From: an uncultured virus (IMG/VR IMGVR_UViG_3300042391_000264)
Taxonomy: Duplodnaviria > Heunggongvirae > Uroviricota > Caudoviricetes
IMG/VR virus record: IMGVR_UViG_3300042391_000264
Strand: one strand, 5' to 3'
DNA length: 64,000 bases
Shown here: in pieces, positions 1 to 8,983 of the stretch
Numbering within the stretch: position 1 is the first letter of the stretch
Layout of the letters: each line of letters starts with the position of its first letter
Made by a program: the position numbers and the translations under genes
Notes under the pieces: generated by a model
The model's database searches: none
What the model saw: the letters and a program-made list of their open reading frames with translations, nothing else
Told to the model about the DNA's origin: nothing

Positions 1-69
1 TACGCCGCATCCGTTCAAGGTGCAAGGCGCAACATGGCTGTCCGTATCGTGATGGGCCAGTATGGGTTG
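1..69. repeat. Terminal direct repeat (assembly circularisation overlap), copy 1
   Basis: Bases 1-69 are identical to 63932-64000, and an ORF starting at 63857 reads through the junction in frame. Confidence 0.95.
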
Positions 70-174
70 GCAGTCGTCATCGACCGCGACACCCGAGGCG
101 TCATGGGCATCATGCGCCGCACCAAGATGGGCTTGAGTATCAAGGACACACCAGTGCAGGAGGTGGCAGCATGA
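1..174 (+). CDS. 3' part of small early protein spanning the circular junction (starts at 63857)
   Basis: Frame continues from ATG 63857 (MSKRPFVTQYF...YAASVQGARRN...EVAA) to TGA 172-174, overlapping the next ATG. Confidence 0.75.
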   Translation, partial: YAASVQGARRNMAVRIVMGQYGLAVVIDRDTRGVMGIMRRTKMGLSIKDTPVQEVAA

Positions 175-347
175 AAGACGATAGCTTGCAAAGATATCAC
201 GAGGCTGATGCCGAGGGTAAGGATGCCATAGTGATTGAGGAGTTGCTGCGTTTGTTTGCTGAGAGGCTTCCCGATTTGGACGTCACAGCACTGCGCGGTT
301 TTATAGCACCTAAACCCGAGCAGATCAACAAAGGAGAGAGCAAATGA
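171..347 (+). CDS. Hypothetical early protein (58 aa)
   Basis: Hand-translated (MKDDSLQRY...); GGAGG RBS upstream; ATGA overlaps at both ends. Confidence 0.65.
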   Translation: MKDDSLQRYHEADAEGKDAIVIEELLRLFAERLPDLDVTALRGFIAPKPEQINKGESK

Positions 348-469
348 AAAATGTTTATCAAGCAGGGATGCAATTAGCCAACGCGTTGCGTCTTATAGGC
401 AGACACGAGGATGCCCACGCTGTCGAGGTTTGGGTGTTGGAATTAACCAAGGAGAAAGCAAATGATTGA
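344..469 (+). CDS. Hypothetical early protein (41 aa)
   Basis: Hand-translated (MKNVYQAG...); AAGGAG RBS; ATGA coupling. Confidence 0.55.
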   Translation: MKNVYQAGMQLANALRLIGRHEDAHAVEVWVLELTKEKAND

Positions 470-641
470 ATTCACTATATTGGAGTTGACGCTCATCGTG
501 ATGTGTATTGGCCTGTTCGTCTACGGTATGCACTATCGCAGTAAGTCAATCGCGATGTTTCACTTAGTCTCTGCCATGTGCAGGGATGACTCTGTGTTCA
601 AGAAAGTAAAGCAAGCACACGACTTAAGGGAGGAAGTATGA
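462..641 (+). CDS. Small putative membrane protein (59 aa)
   Basis: Hand-translated (MIEFTILELTLIVMCIGLFVYG...); hydrophobic N-terminus; AAGGAG RBS. Confidence 0.6.
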   Translation: MIEFTILELTLIVMCIGLFVYGMHYRSKSIAMFHLVSAMCRDDSVFKKVKQAHDLREEV

Positions 642-874
642 ACCAAGAAGACATTATCCGCATGGCGCGGGAGGCTGGGATGTACCAAGATTTAAACGTA
701 AGTTGGACCCAGTCGATTCAAAATTTTGCATCCTTAGTAGCAGCAGCCGAGCGTGAAGCGTGTGCAAAGGTGTGTGTTGCCGTTGCAGAGAGAAATATTT
801 GGTGGGATATAAATGAAATTGAGGCAGCAGTAGAGTGCGCCGCAGCAATCAGAGAAAGAGGAGAAAACGTATGA
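638..874 (+). CDS. Hypothetical phage protein, 'EREACAK' family
   Basis: RBS and ATGA coupling; paralogous to 9814..10029. Confidence 0.8.
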   Translation: MNQEDIIRMAREAGMYQDLNVSWTQSIQNFASLVAAAEREACAKVCVAVAERNIWWDINEIEAAVECAAAIRERGENV

Positions 875-1044
875 AAACTTATGGAGTAGAACTTAAACGC
901 ACGAGTTATATCTTTGTAACCGTGGAGGCCGAGAACGAAGATGATGCCGAGAAGCTAGCGTGGAAACATATTGAAGCTGACGGCGGGATAAACATCAACG
1001 ACTCAAGTTGGGAAGTTGAATCAATTGAGGAGACAACAGAATGA
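871..1044 (+). CDS. Hypothetical protein
   Basis: GAGGAG RBS; ATG 871 (MKTYGVELK) coupled to the upstream stop. Confidence 0.75.
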   Translation: MKTYGVELKRTSYIFVTVEAENEDDAEKLAWKHIEADGGININDSSWEVESIEETTE

Positions 1045-2336
1045 ACATGATTCTAAAGAATAGGTTACCTGCCGAGCGCAGGCTTGAACTCGTTCATGTG
1101 AGCCTGATGCGGGATAAGCGATTCGCTTTCTTCGCAGGTTTGTTCATGGTGGGCAAAACTACTATCACCGAGGCGGGGATAACGGCAATGACCAACGGGC
1201 GTGACGCATCCTATGGTCGCGCATTCGTTGACATGTTGTCAGACAAGGAACTTGCGTTCCTCATTCTGCACGAGAACATGCACAAGTGCTATCGACACCT
1301 GACCACATGGCGGGCGTTGTATGAGGAAGATCGGGACATTGCCAATCAAGCGTGTGACTACGTCATCAACATCCAGTTGCGTGACATGGACTCAAACGAA
1401 ACCATGATCTCTATGCCGCGTGACCAGAAGACGCGCAAGAACATTGGTCTGATCGACACAAGGTTCCGCGACATGGACACCAAGCAGGTCTTCGACATTC
1501 TCATGCAAGAGAAAGAGAAAGGTCGCGGCGGTAAAAAAGGTGACGAGGTCGGCGGCGGTGGTGACGTGATCGTCGGCGGCGGTGGTGACGGTGACGGCGA
1601 ACAAACCGACAGTGGGTCGGATAGTTCAGGGCTCGACGAGCATGACTGGGAAGGTGCTAAAGATATGTCAGCCGAAGAGCACAAAGAGTTGTCCCAAGAA
1701 ATTGAGAGTGCGCTGCGCCAAGGTGGTATCTACGCGGGCAAGGTGGGCGGCGACATGCTGCGCTCAGTCCAAGAGATGCTTGAGCCAAAGGTTGACTGGC
1801 GTGAGGTACTTCGTAGGTTTGTGCGTACATCGCTCAAAGACCGCGACTCTCCAAGCTGGCGTAAGGCACACAAGAATTACTTGTGGCAAGACATCATCCT
1901 GCCGAGCATCGTGGGTAAACGTATGAAGCACCTTGTGGTTGCGATGGATACATCGGGCTCGATACAAGGCGAGATGCTTTCTCTGTTTATGGGAGAACTT
2001 AACAAGGTGGTCCTATCGGCCAACCCTGATCGCATTGATATGTTGTATTGGGACACCCGTGTGGCGGGGCATGAGACTTACAAGGGTGAGGTCAAGTCAA
2101 TCGTATCCAAGACTACCCCCAAGGGTGGTGGCGGTACAGACCCCGACTGCATACCGGAGTTTATGTTGAGTAAAAGTTTGGGCAAAGCTGATGCTCTTGT
2201 GGTGCTAACTGATGGATACATGACTAGCGACCCTAGTAAGTGGGCCGGACTAGGATTACCTATCCTGTGGTGCATCATAGGTAGCGACTCATTCAAGATA
2301 CCACGCGGGCAAGTCGTCTGCGTAACCAAGGATTGA
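1041..2336 (+). CDS. Metallopeptidase-like + vWA domain protein (DUF2201-like), probable MoxR partner
   Basis: HExxH motif (LHENMHK), acidic/Gly linker, MIDAS DTSGS, GGGGTD and LTDG motifs. Confidence 0.9.
   Translation: MNMILKNRLPAERRLELVHVSLMRDKRFAFFAGLFMVGKTTITEAGITAMTNGRDASYGRAFVDMLSDKELAFLILHENMHKCYRHLTTWRALYEEDRDIANQACDYVINIQLRDMDSNETMISMPRDQKTRKNIGLIDTRFRDMDTKQVFDILMQEKEKGRGGKKGDEVGGGGDVIVGGGGDGDGEQTDSGSDSSGLDEHDWEGAKDMSAEEHKELSQEIESALRQGGIYAGKVGGDMLRSVQEMLEPKVDWREVLRRFVRTSLKDRDSPSWRKAHKNYLWQDIILPSIVGKRMKHLVVAMDTSGSIQGEMLSLFMGELNKVVLSANPDRIDMLYWDTRVAGHETYKGEVKSIVSKTTPKGGGGTDPDCIPEFMLSKSLGKADALVVLTDGYMTSDPSKWAGLGLPILWCIIGSDSFKIPRGQVVCVTKD
1601..1625. promoter_or_regulatory. 25-bp palindromic box (inside vWA gene linker)
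   Basis: ACAAACCGAC-AGTGG-GTCGGATAGT. Confidence 0.7.
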
Positions 2337-2338
2337 TC

Positions 2339-2584
2339 ATGGACGATAGCGTAATTTTACACATTAGCAACTCAAAGTTCCTTTTGACACCGGACGAGGC
2401 CATGACTATATGCAACACGCTCAACTCAGCGAATCGTATAGAGCAGACATGGATTAAGGGTGTGGACTCAGATAAAAACAATGTCATCAAGCCGCCGGGG
2501 TTTGCAACATTTGTTACGCCGATGACTGCGATATTGCAGATGGAGATCACAGCAAACATGAAGATACAGGAGGCAGCGAAATGA
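2339..2584 (+). CDS. Hypothetical protein
   Basis: ORF packed between neighbours; AAGGA RBS. Confidence 0.7.
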   Translation: MDDSVILHISNSKFLLTPDEAMTICNTLNSANRIEQTWIKGVDSDKNNVIKPPGFATFVTPMTAILQMEITANMKIQEAAK

Positions 2585-2742
2585 AAAACCCACCGGCCTA
2601 TAACGTAGCTCTTAACAAGGAGACCTATGATCTGTTACAGGATGTGAAGAACGACCTGATGCTGAACCTAGGATTTGAACCAACCAATGGACAGGTTGTA
2701 CGCCACTTGGCGACTGCCTACTTTGATAGAAAGGAAATTTAA
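2581..2742 (+). CDS. 53-aa possible ribbon-helix-helix DNA-binding protein
   Basis: Hand-translated: MKNPPAYNVALNKETYDLLQDVKNDLMLNLGFEPTNGQVVRHLATAYFDRKEI; GGAGG RBS; strand-helix-turn-helix pattern. Confidence 0.55.
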   Translation: MKNPPAYNVALNKETYDLLQDVKNDLMLNLGFEPTNGQVVRHLATAYFDRKEI

Positions 2743-2743
2743 C

Positions 2744-3799
2744 ATGGCATACAACTCAATAAATGCACCGCGACTTTGCTCGTTCAAGAACGCAGTGGAT
2801 TGGCATAACAAGGTCAAACCCATACGCGGTCACAAAGATGCGGTGCGCCCACTCGGTGAGCGGCGTTATCACCACAAGGCCAACATCACCATGCCTGACC
2901 CTGACACAGTGGTGCTGAACTACTACGATAGCAAACTGGTTGAATGGCGCAGTGACAACACGTTTACGCTGCATGCGCCCAAGTACTATTGTGCGTACAG
3001 CGGTGAGCAGATCATCGGGTTTGTGCCGCGCAGTATGGGGTTTAGTTGGGAGAAGGGGCGCTTGTTTGTAAAGCTGACTGATGGCAAGAACATAGAGTTA
3101 GCACGGCGTCAGTCCCTCAAGTTTGCACCTACTGGGAAAACATACTACGACTCCCCTATCTTTGATGTAGTGGATGCACCGGATGTGAAGGTGTACAGGG
3201 TTAAGCGTGGGGTAGCGGACACCATAATGAAGCAGCGGTTTGGTGCGTTCATTGAATGGGTGGCTATGACTTCGTCTATCGTATCGAGCGCTAGTCACGA
3301 GGAAATAAAAGAGTCCCGAAAGAAGTATAGGGCGGCGGCGGGCTACACCGATGAGTTCTTGGAGGCCGCGCATAAAGCTGTTGAGCATCTGCCGTGGGGT
3401 GGTAGGCGAGAGATGGTCTCAATGGCGCTCAATGATGTGCACCACATACCGTATTCGTCGGGCAGACAGGGCGGGGCTTTTCACAGAGCGTCTTCGGAGT
3501 TGTTGGCTGAGTGGATGAGTAGCAACAACACGGAGCGTTGGCTCGATGCGTTGAATGTGGTACAGCACCATGTTGGGGAGCACGTATACAACGACCGCCT
3601 TGGCAGGAATGGAGTGTATATCAGCGTACCGCGAGTGTATGACTACGTCAAAGGCATCGCTGCGTTCCTGCATCGTGACGAGGCGTTCAATGTAATCACA
3701 ATGCCAGCGGGCGTAGTACCGTCCAAACGCAACGTGGAGTATTTCCGCGAAATTAGTATCGACTTCGGACAAACCGACTCAGTGTCGGAATGTTCATAA
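2744..3799 (+). CDS. Hypothetical early protein (~351 aa)
   Basis: AAGGAA RBS before ATG 2744; long ORF. Confidence 0.85.
   Translation: MAYNSINAPRLCSFKNAVDWHNKVKPIRGHKDAVRPLGERRYHHKANITMPDPDTVVLNYYDSKLVEWRSDNTFTLHAPKYYCAYSGEQIIGFVPRSMGFSWEKGRLFVKLTDGKNIELARRQSLKFAPTGKTYYDSPIFDVVDAPDVKVYRVKRGVADTIMKQRFGAFIEWVAMTSSIVSSASHEEIKESRKKYRAAAGYTDEFLEAAHKAVEHLPWGGRREMVSMALNDVHHIPYSSGRQGGAFHRASSELLAEWMSSNNTERWLDALNVVQHHVGEHVYNDRLGRNGVYISVPRVYDYVKGIAAFLHRDEAFNVITMPAGVVPSKRNVEYFREISIDFGQTDSVSECS
3769..3793. promoter_or_regulatory. 25-bp palindromic box (in the last codons of ORF 2744..3799)
   Basis: ACAAACCGAC-TCAGT-GTCGGAATGT. Confidence 0.75.
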
Positions 3800-3814
3800 C
3801 TTAAAGGATTTATC

Positions 3815-4690
3815 ATGACTATCAATCTAGTAGCACCTCCGGTGTCTTTGTCCTCAATGGCTATGCTTGTTGAGTTGCGTATCAGCACATGGACAGCGCG
3901 TAAGCGTGACAACGAGACAACGGCTGACCTCAACAAAGCCAAGCAAGCAGACAGCGATGCGGGCAGCGTTTACAAGTACCTCATGGCGGGCAGCGATCAT
4001 CTCAAGAAGATCGAGAAGTATGCGGCCAAGTGCAGGGCGTGGAATGCACAACAAACTCTACCTTGGATGAAGGGCGTGGGCTTGTTGCCTATGGCTAACT
4101 TCTTCACATACCGAGAGCAGCTAGGCACGATGGAGGCCAACTTCAACGCGTTAGTCGCAGACTTCGTCAAGGTCTATCCCACACTGGTGAGCGCACAGGC
4201 GTTCAAGTTGGGTGACTACTTTGATGCCACCGAGTTCCCTGATGCTGAGTCTTTACCGAAGAGATTCAAGTTCGGGTTTAACTTCCTCCCTGTTCCAGAG
4301 AAGGGGGACTTCCGCATTCAGTGTGAGGACAGAGTGCGTGAAGACTTGGCTGAGCAGTACGACAAGATGTTCAACGAGAAGCTGGCCGAGGCTATGCGTG
4401 AACCGTGGGAGAGACTACATACGGTGCTGACTCACATGAGTGATAGGCTGACAGATACGAGCGTGGGTGAGCGCAATATCTTTCGCGACTCGATTGTCAA
4501 CAAGCCGTTGGAGTTGTGCGGCCTGCTGAGCAAACTCAATGTTACGAATGACCCGCAGCTCGAGGAAGCAAGACGCATGCTAGAGAAGGCGTTGTCGGGT
4601 ATAGACGCCCAAGACTTGCGTGATCTGTCCAGTGCGCGGGCAGAACTCAAGTCAAGTGTGCAAGAGATCATTGGTAAATTTAACTGGTAA
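3815..4690 (+). CDS. DUF3150-like protein
   Basis: AMLVELRISTWTARKRD...TLPW...LLP...NIFRDS...LNVTNDPQL pattern recalled from phage MoxR/vWA neighbourhoods. Confidence 0.65.
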   Translation: MTINLVAPPVSLSSMAMLVELRISTWTARKRDNETTADLNKAKQADSDAGSVYKYLMAGSDHLKKIEKYAAKCRAWNAQQTLPWMKGVGLLPMANFFTYREQLGTMEANFNALVADFVKVYPTLVSAQAFKLGDYFDATEFPDAESLPKRFKFGFNFLPVPEKGDFRIQCEDRVREDLAEQYDKMFNEKLAEAMREPWERLHTVLTHMSDRLTDTSVGERNIFRDSIVNKPLELCGLLSKLNVTNDPQLEEARRMLEKALSGIDAQDLRDLSSARAELKSSVQEIIGKFNW

Positions 4691-4699
4691 GGAAAAATT

Positions 4700-5575
4700 A
4701 TGCAGCTAGCAAATGTTGATGTACGGGGTGAAGGCTTTCTACTAGAACCTACCTTCAAGGAATTTATAGATAAGCTGGCACTGGCCAAGCCCGAGTGGAC
4801 TTTCACATTCGACTATGTCAAAGACGGGCGCTACGCAACGAGTAGGTGTATGCAGCAGGGTCGTCAAGTATCAGAGGACGTTAAGTACGCTACACGCATG
4901 AGCGTTACGCAGAACAATATACACCTTGGCAGCTTGGGTATTCAGCGTAATGTATCGGGTGACGCTAATAAGAAGTGGTCCTTGACTGTGTCTTCGGATA
5001 ATATTCAGGGCCGGAGAGGGAACACTACGCAGACAGTCAACATGGCGTCAGCGATACGCAACGCCAAGACCTATCTCAAGTGCCCTTCGCTGGGTAAGGT
5101 TGTGTACGAGAGAGCATCGGATGTAGTGAACCGTTACTCAAACGCCCTCAATAGGTTGGAGGTCACCATTGAGCGGGGTCACCTTTTACCTAGTCGGGAA
5201 GGCGCACAGATTCTACTCAACGCGTTTGTGCGTAACCAGACGCCTGACACGCATCTTCTATCTGAGTTCTCCGAGGCGATGCACAACCCTAAGTTTGAGA
5301 ATGCGCTGTCGGAGTATATGCTTGCTCAGCACATGAGACACTTACACACGATACCCATCTGCTTGATGGAGGGTTTGTATGCGTTCTTTACAGACAACGA
5401 GCTGCTTCAATCACTAGATAGGGCAGCTAAGTCTGAGCCTCAACTTGTGCCGTTTGAAGCACTACCGTTGGAGTGGCAGAACAGATTGGCTGTGCTTCAG
5501 CTAATGGAGGACAACGAGGTAGTGAAAGATGTTGGCTATCGGGTTGATGCAGACAACTTTCTCATAGTCAAATAA
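4700..5575 (+). CDS. Hypothetical protein (291 aa)
   Basis: TAAGGA RBS; long ORF. Confidence 0.85.
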   Translation: MQLANVDVRGEGFLLEPTFKEFIDKLALAKPEWTFTFDYVKDGRYATSRCMQQGRQVSEDVKYATRMSVTQNNIHLGSLGIQRNVSGDANKKWSLTVSSDNIQGRRGNTTQTVNMASAIRNAKTYLKCPSLGKVVYERASDVVNRYSNALNRLEVTIERGHLLPSREGAQILLNAFVRNQTPDTHLLSEFSEAMHNPKFENALSEYMLAQHMRHLHTIPICLMEGLYAFFTDNELLQSLDRAAKSEPQLVPFEALPLEWQNRLAVLQLMEDNEVVKDVGYRVDADNFLIVK

Positions 5576-5594
5576 ACAACCCCCTGTGGTTTTT

Positions 5595-5619
5595 GGCCCG
5601 CCTTGTGCGGGTCTTTTTT
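5595..5619 (+). terminator. Rho-independent terminator ending the early operon
   Basis: GGCCCGC-CTTGT-GCGGGTC followed by TTTTTT. Confidence 0.8.
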
Positions 5620-5635
5620 CGTCTATACTTTTTGA

Positions 5636-5660
5636 ACAATCCGACTGCTTGTCGCTTTGT
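5636..5660. promoter_or_regulatory. 25-bp palindromic box (reverse orientation)
   Basis: ACAATCCGAC-TGCTT-GTCGCTTTGT, flanked by GA/TC. Confidence 0.8.
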
Positions 5661-5693
5661 TCGGGGGTAGGTGTTTCCCCCTATAAAAATAAC

Positions 5694-5722
5694 TTGACAC
5701 AGTCCAATATAGTCTGTATATT
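5694..5722 (+). promoter_or_regulatory. Sigma70-like promoter of the replication operon
   Basis: TTGACA-17 nt-TATATT with AT-rich sequence upstream. Confidence 0.8.
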
Positions 5723-5743
5723 AGACTCTCCAAGGACATAAAA

Positions 5744-6046
5744 GTGGCACTTACACCTGAACGCAAAGTTAAACAACAAGTAGTTGCACTGCTCAAAGAA
5801 GCCGGTGCGTACTACTTTTTCCCCTCTGCCAACGGCTTAGGCCGCTCTGGAATTCCCGACATCATCGTATGCTATCGAGGCCGGTTCGTGGCTATCGAAT
5901 GCAAGGCGGGCAAGGGACAGACCACGGCATTGCAAGAGCGGGAACTCAAACGCATAAACGAAGCGGGCGGCGCTGCTGTAGTCATTCGGGAAGACAACAT
6001 TGCACAGGTTAATTCACTACTCAACCTACTAAGGGTAACTACATGA
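5744..6046 (+). CDS. VRR-NUC domain nuclease (resolvase-like)
   Basis: PE..VK, GIPDII, FVAIECKA and TALQ motifs. Confidence 0.9.
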   Translation: MALTPERKVKQQVVALLKEAGAYYFFPSANGLGRSGIPDIIVCYRGRFVAIECKAGKGQTTALQERELKRINEAGGAAVVIREDNIAQVNSLLNLLRVTT

Positions 6047-6495
6047 TACAAAAACTTTTATATTCTTTTGTCGCGCAAGAAACTTTTGCGCTGATTGAAA
6101 AGATTAACGCGACGGATTCTACGGTTGATAGTAGTTTCCAATCCGCTGAGCATTTACTTCGCCACGGTAAATTTAATTTTGTTGAGCGCAGACTTTTAGC
6201 TGGGGCTATCAAGAAGGTGGCAAGGCGTGAGACTTTGGTAGGCGCTATGAATGTTGTTGTGTATAACAACGTCGAGGGAGAGATCAGGAGTACAGGGCGT
6301 AGCAAGTATTCTACACAAATTGGCAATGCGCCAGTTAACAGCATTTTATCCGCTAGTGCTCAAGATGCGTGGCAGCGGCAACTCAACGCGGTTTCTTTAC
6401 AAAATACTACGGCTTCTGAGTATGCAAACATCCTGCAAGGGCAGATGGCGGCGCAGCAAGCGGGTATGTACGGACAACAGTACGGCATCCGATGA
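6043..6495 (+). CDS. Hypothetical protein
   Basis: ATGA coupling on both sides. Confidence 0.7.
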   Translation: MIQKLLYSFVAQETFALIEKINATDSTVDSSFQSAEHLLRHGKFNFVERRLLAGAIKKVARRETLVGAMNVVVYNNVEGEIRSTGRSKYSTQIGNAPVNSILSASAQDAWQRQLNAVSLQNTTASEYANILQGQMAAQQAGMYGQQYGIR

Positions 6496-8309
6496 TCACT
6501 CTGGATTTTGAGTCCTACTACGACAAAGACTTCAGTCTGTCAAAGCTGACGACTGAGGAATACGTGCGGGGGGAGCAGTTTGAAACCATCGGGGTAGCCG
6601 TTAAGGTGAACGATGAGCCTACGCAGTGGTTCAGCGGCAGTGACGCGGACACAGCTTTCTGGCTGCATCAGTTCGATTGGGCCAACCATTTCGCGTTAGC
6701 CCATAACGCAATGTTTGACGCGGCCATCCTGACTTGGCGCTACGGCATCCGCCCGAAAGCATGGCTTGATACGCTGTCTATGGCTCGTGCGTTGCTTGGC
6801 CCCAATGCGAGTGTCGGGCTGGCGAAGCTAGCGTTGCACTTCGGGTTAGGTCAAAAGGGAACGGAAGTTGATAACGCAAAAGGTAAGCGCCGCGCTGACT
6901 TTACAACGGGCGATCTTCACCTGTACGGCAACTACTGTATGAACGACGTGGACTTGACCTATGCGCTGTACAAGGAATTAAACACTAGCTTTCCCATCAG
7001 CGAGAAGCGTCTCATAGACATCACCATCCGTATGTTTAGTGACCCTGTGCTGGAACTCAACGTAGACCACCTCAAATCGCACTTGGCCGAGGTGCATGAG
7101 CGCAAGCAGAAACTATTTGTGGAAGCCAAAATTACACCTGAGATTCTTAACAGCAACAAGAAGTTTGCTGCATTGCTGGAGTCTATGGGGGTGTACCCAC
7201 CCATGAAGATTAGCCCAACTACGGATAAGGAGACCTACGCGTTCGCCAAGAGCGACGAAGGGTTCATTGCTCTGCTAGACCACGAGGATGATCGGGTGCA
7301 AGCGGTTGTAGCAGCGCGGCTTGGGACTAAGTCAACACTGGAGCAGACACGGACGCAGCGGTTCATTGAGATCGCTGGCCGGACGCATGAGCATAAGCTG
7401 CCTATCCCACTGAAGTTCTATGCTGCACATACAGGACGTTGGGGTGGCGCTGATTCGATTAACCTGCAAAACCTACCGAGCCGTGGCATCCAAGCCAACA
7501 AACTCAAACGTTGTATTGTCGCGCCCAAGGGTTACGTCATCATTGACTGCGACTCATCACAGATTGAAGCCCGTGTGCTGGCGTGGCTGTCGGGGCAGAC
7601 GGACGTGTTGCAGTTGTTCGCCGATAAGCAGGACGTGTACAAGTACATGGCCTCGCGCATATACAACAAGGACGCCGAGGAGATTACAGACGCCGAGCGA
7701 TTCATTGGCAAGACTACAGTGCTTGGCGCGGGCTACGGCATGGGCGCGGTTAAGTTTCAGTTACAGCTGCGCGGCATGGGTAAAAATGTAGACCTCGATA
7801 CCTGCAAGCACATCATCAAGCAGTACCGCCAAAACAATACCCGCATCGCTCAATGGTGGAATCACCTCAACCTTGTGCTCTCTGCTATGACCACCCAGAA
7901 AGACGTTGGCGATGTGGATGTCGTTCAACTGTTGGAGATGTCCCCATTCACAGGCATTAGGTTACCCAACAACCTGTACTTGAACTATCCCGGACTCCAG
8001 CGCATGAGTGACGGGCAGTATTCTTACGAGGCGCGGTATGGGACTAACCGTATCTACGGCGGCAAGGTAGCCGAGAACCTTTGCCAAGCTGTGGCTCGCT
8101 GCATTATCGGCGAGCAGATGATTGAGATCGAGAAACGTTATCGTGTGGTGCTGACTGTGCACGATGCGATTGCTTGCGTGGTCCCCATCGAAGAAGGTAA
8201 GGAGGCGCAAGCCTACATCGAGAATTGCATGCGTACTTCCCCCTCGTGGGCCGCTGGCCTACCCCTCAACTGCGAGTCCGGAATGGCTCTAACTTATGGA
8301 GATTGTTAA
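6492..8309 (+). CDS. polA: Family A DNA polymerase with 3'-5' exonuclease
   Basis: ExoI LDFES, HNAMFD, HTGRW, NLQNLP, motif A DSSQIEARV, motif B RFIGKTTVLGAGYG, motif C TVHD. Confidence 0.95.
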   Translation: MITLDFESYYDKDFSLSKLTTEEYVRGEQFETIGVAVKVNDEPTQWFSGSDADTAFWLHQFDWANHFALAHNAMFDAAILTWRYGIRPKAWLDTLSMARALLGPNASVGLAKLALHFGLGQKGTEVDNAKGKRRADFTTGDLHLYGNYCMNDVDLTYALYKELNTSFPISEKRLIDITIRMFSDPVLELNVDHLKSHLAEVHERKQKLFVEAKITPEILNSNKKFAALLESMGVYPPMKISPTTDKETYAFAKSDEGFIALLDHEDDRVQAVVAARLGTKSTLEQTRTQRFIEIAGRTHEHKLPIPLKFYAAHTGRWGGADSINLQNLPSRGIQANKLKRCIVAPKGYVIIDCDSSQIEARVLAWLSGQTDVLQLFADKQDVYKYMASRIYNKDAEEITDAERFIGKTTVLGAGYGMGAVKFQLQLRGMGKNVDLDTCKHIIKQYRQNNTRIAQWWNHLNLVLSAMTTQKDVGDVDVVQLLEMSPFTGIRLPNNLYLNYPGLQRMSDGQYSYEARYGTNRIYGGKVAENLCQAVARCIIGEQMIEIEKRYRVVLTVHDAIACVVPIEEGKEAQAYIENCMRTSPSWAAGLPLNCESGMALTYGDC

Positions 8310-8983
8310 TGGAAAAGCCCGTAACGTGGTCTTATAGCAACCTGTCGCTGTATCAGCAGTGCCCCAAGAAATACTTTCATCTACGCATTGCCAAGGATGT
8401 GAAGGAAGCACCGAGCGACGCACTCACGTTTGGCAACGAGATTCACAAGATCGCGCAGGAGTACATTGAGTCAAACAAACCGATTCCAGAGAAATACGCG
8501 AAAGACATACAACCTGCACTCGATAGGCTTAACGCAATCTCCGGCCAGAAGTTGTGCGAGAACAAGCTTGGCCTGACTGTTGACCTCAAGCCATGCGGGT
8601 TCTTTGACAAGAACGTATGGTGGCGCGGCATTGCTGACTTGATCATCCTGCAAGACGACAAGGCGTTGACCGTTGACTACAAGACCGGCAAGAGTAGCAA
8701 GTACGCGGACCTCAAGCAGCTGGAGATTTTATCGCTTGCGATCTTTAAACATTTTCCTCACATCAAGAAAGTCAAGGCAGGGCTGTTGTTCCTGTTCGCT
8801 GAAGACTTCGTGAAGACCGAATACCTCGCTGACCAACAGAGCGATCTGTGGGTTTCGTGGGTGTCTGACGTTGGGCAGCTAGAGGCATCCGTACAAAATA
8901 AAGTATGGAATCCTAAACCCAACTTTACCTGCCGTGGCTACTGCCCGGTTTCAACCTGTGATCACAACCAAGGAGCTAAATAA
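8309..8983 (+). CDS. PD-(D/E)xK Cas4/RecB-like exonuclease
   Basis: WSYS..CP, GNEIH, RGIADL, VDYKTGK, C-terminal C..CP..C. Confidence 0.9.
   Translation: MEKPVTWSYSNLSLYQQCPKKYFHLRIAKDVKEAPSDALTFGNEIHKIAQEYIESNKPIPEKYAKDIQPALDRLNAISGQKLCENKLGLTVDLKPCGFFDKNVWWRGIADLIILQDDKALTVDYKTGKSSKYADLKQLEILSLAIFKHFPHIKKVKAGLLFLFAEDFVKTEYLADQQSDLWVSWVSDVGQLEASVQNKVWNPKPNFTCRGYCPVSTCDHNQGAK

Noticed and set aside
1..69. Terminal repeat as a biological direct terminal repeat
   Set aside because: It falls mid-ORF and is cut by the window edge, which fits an assembly overlap rather than a physical terminus.
8309..8983. Cas4 as part of a CRISPR system
   Set aside because: Standalone Cas4/RecB-like nucleases are ordinary in phage replication modules; no cas1, cas2 or array is present.
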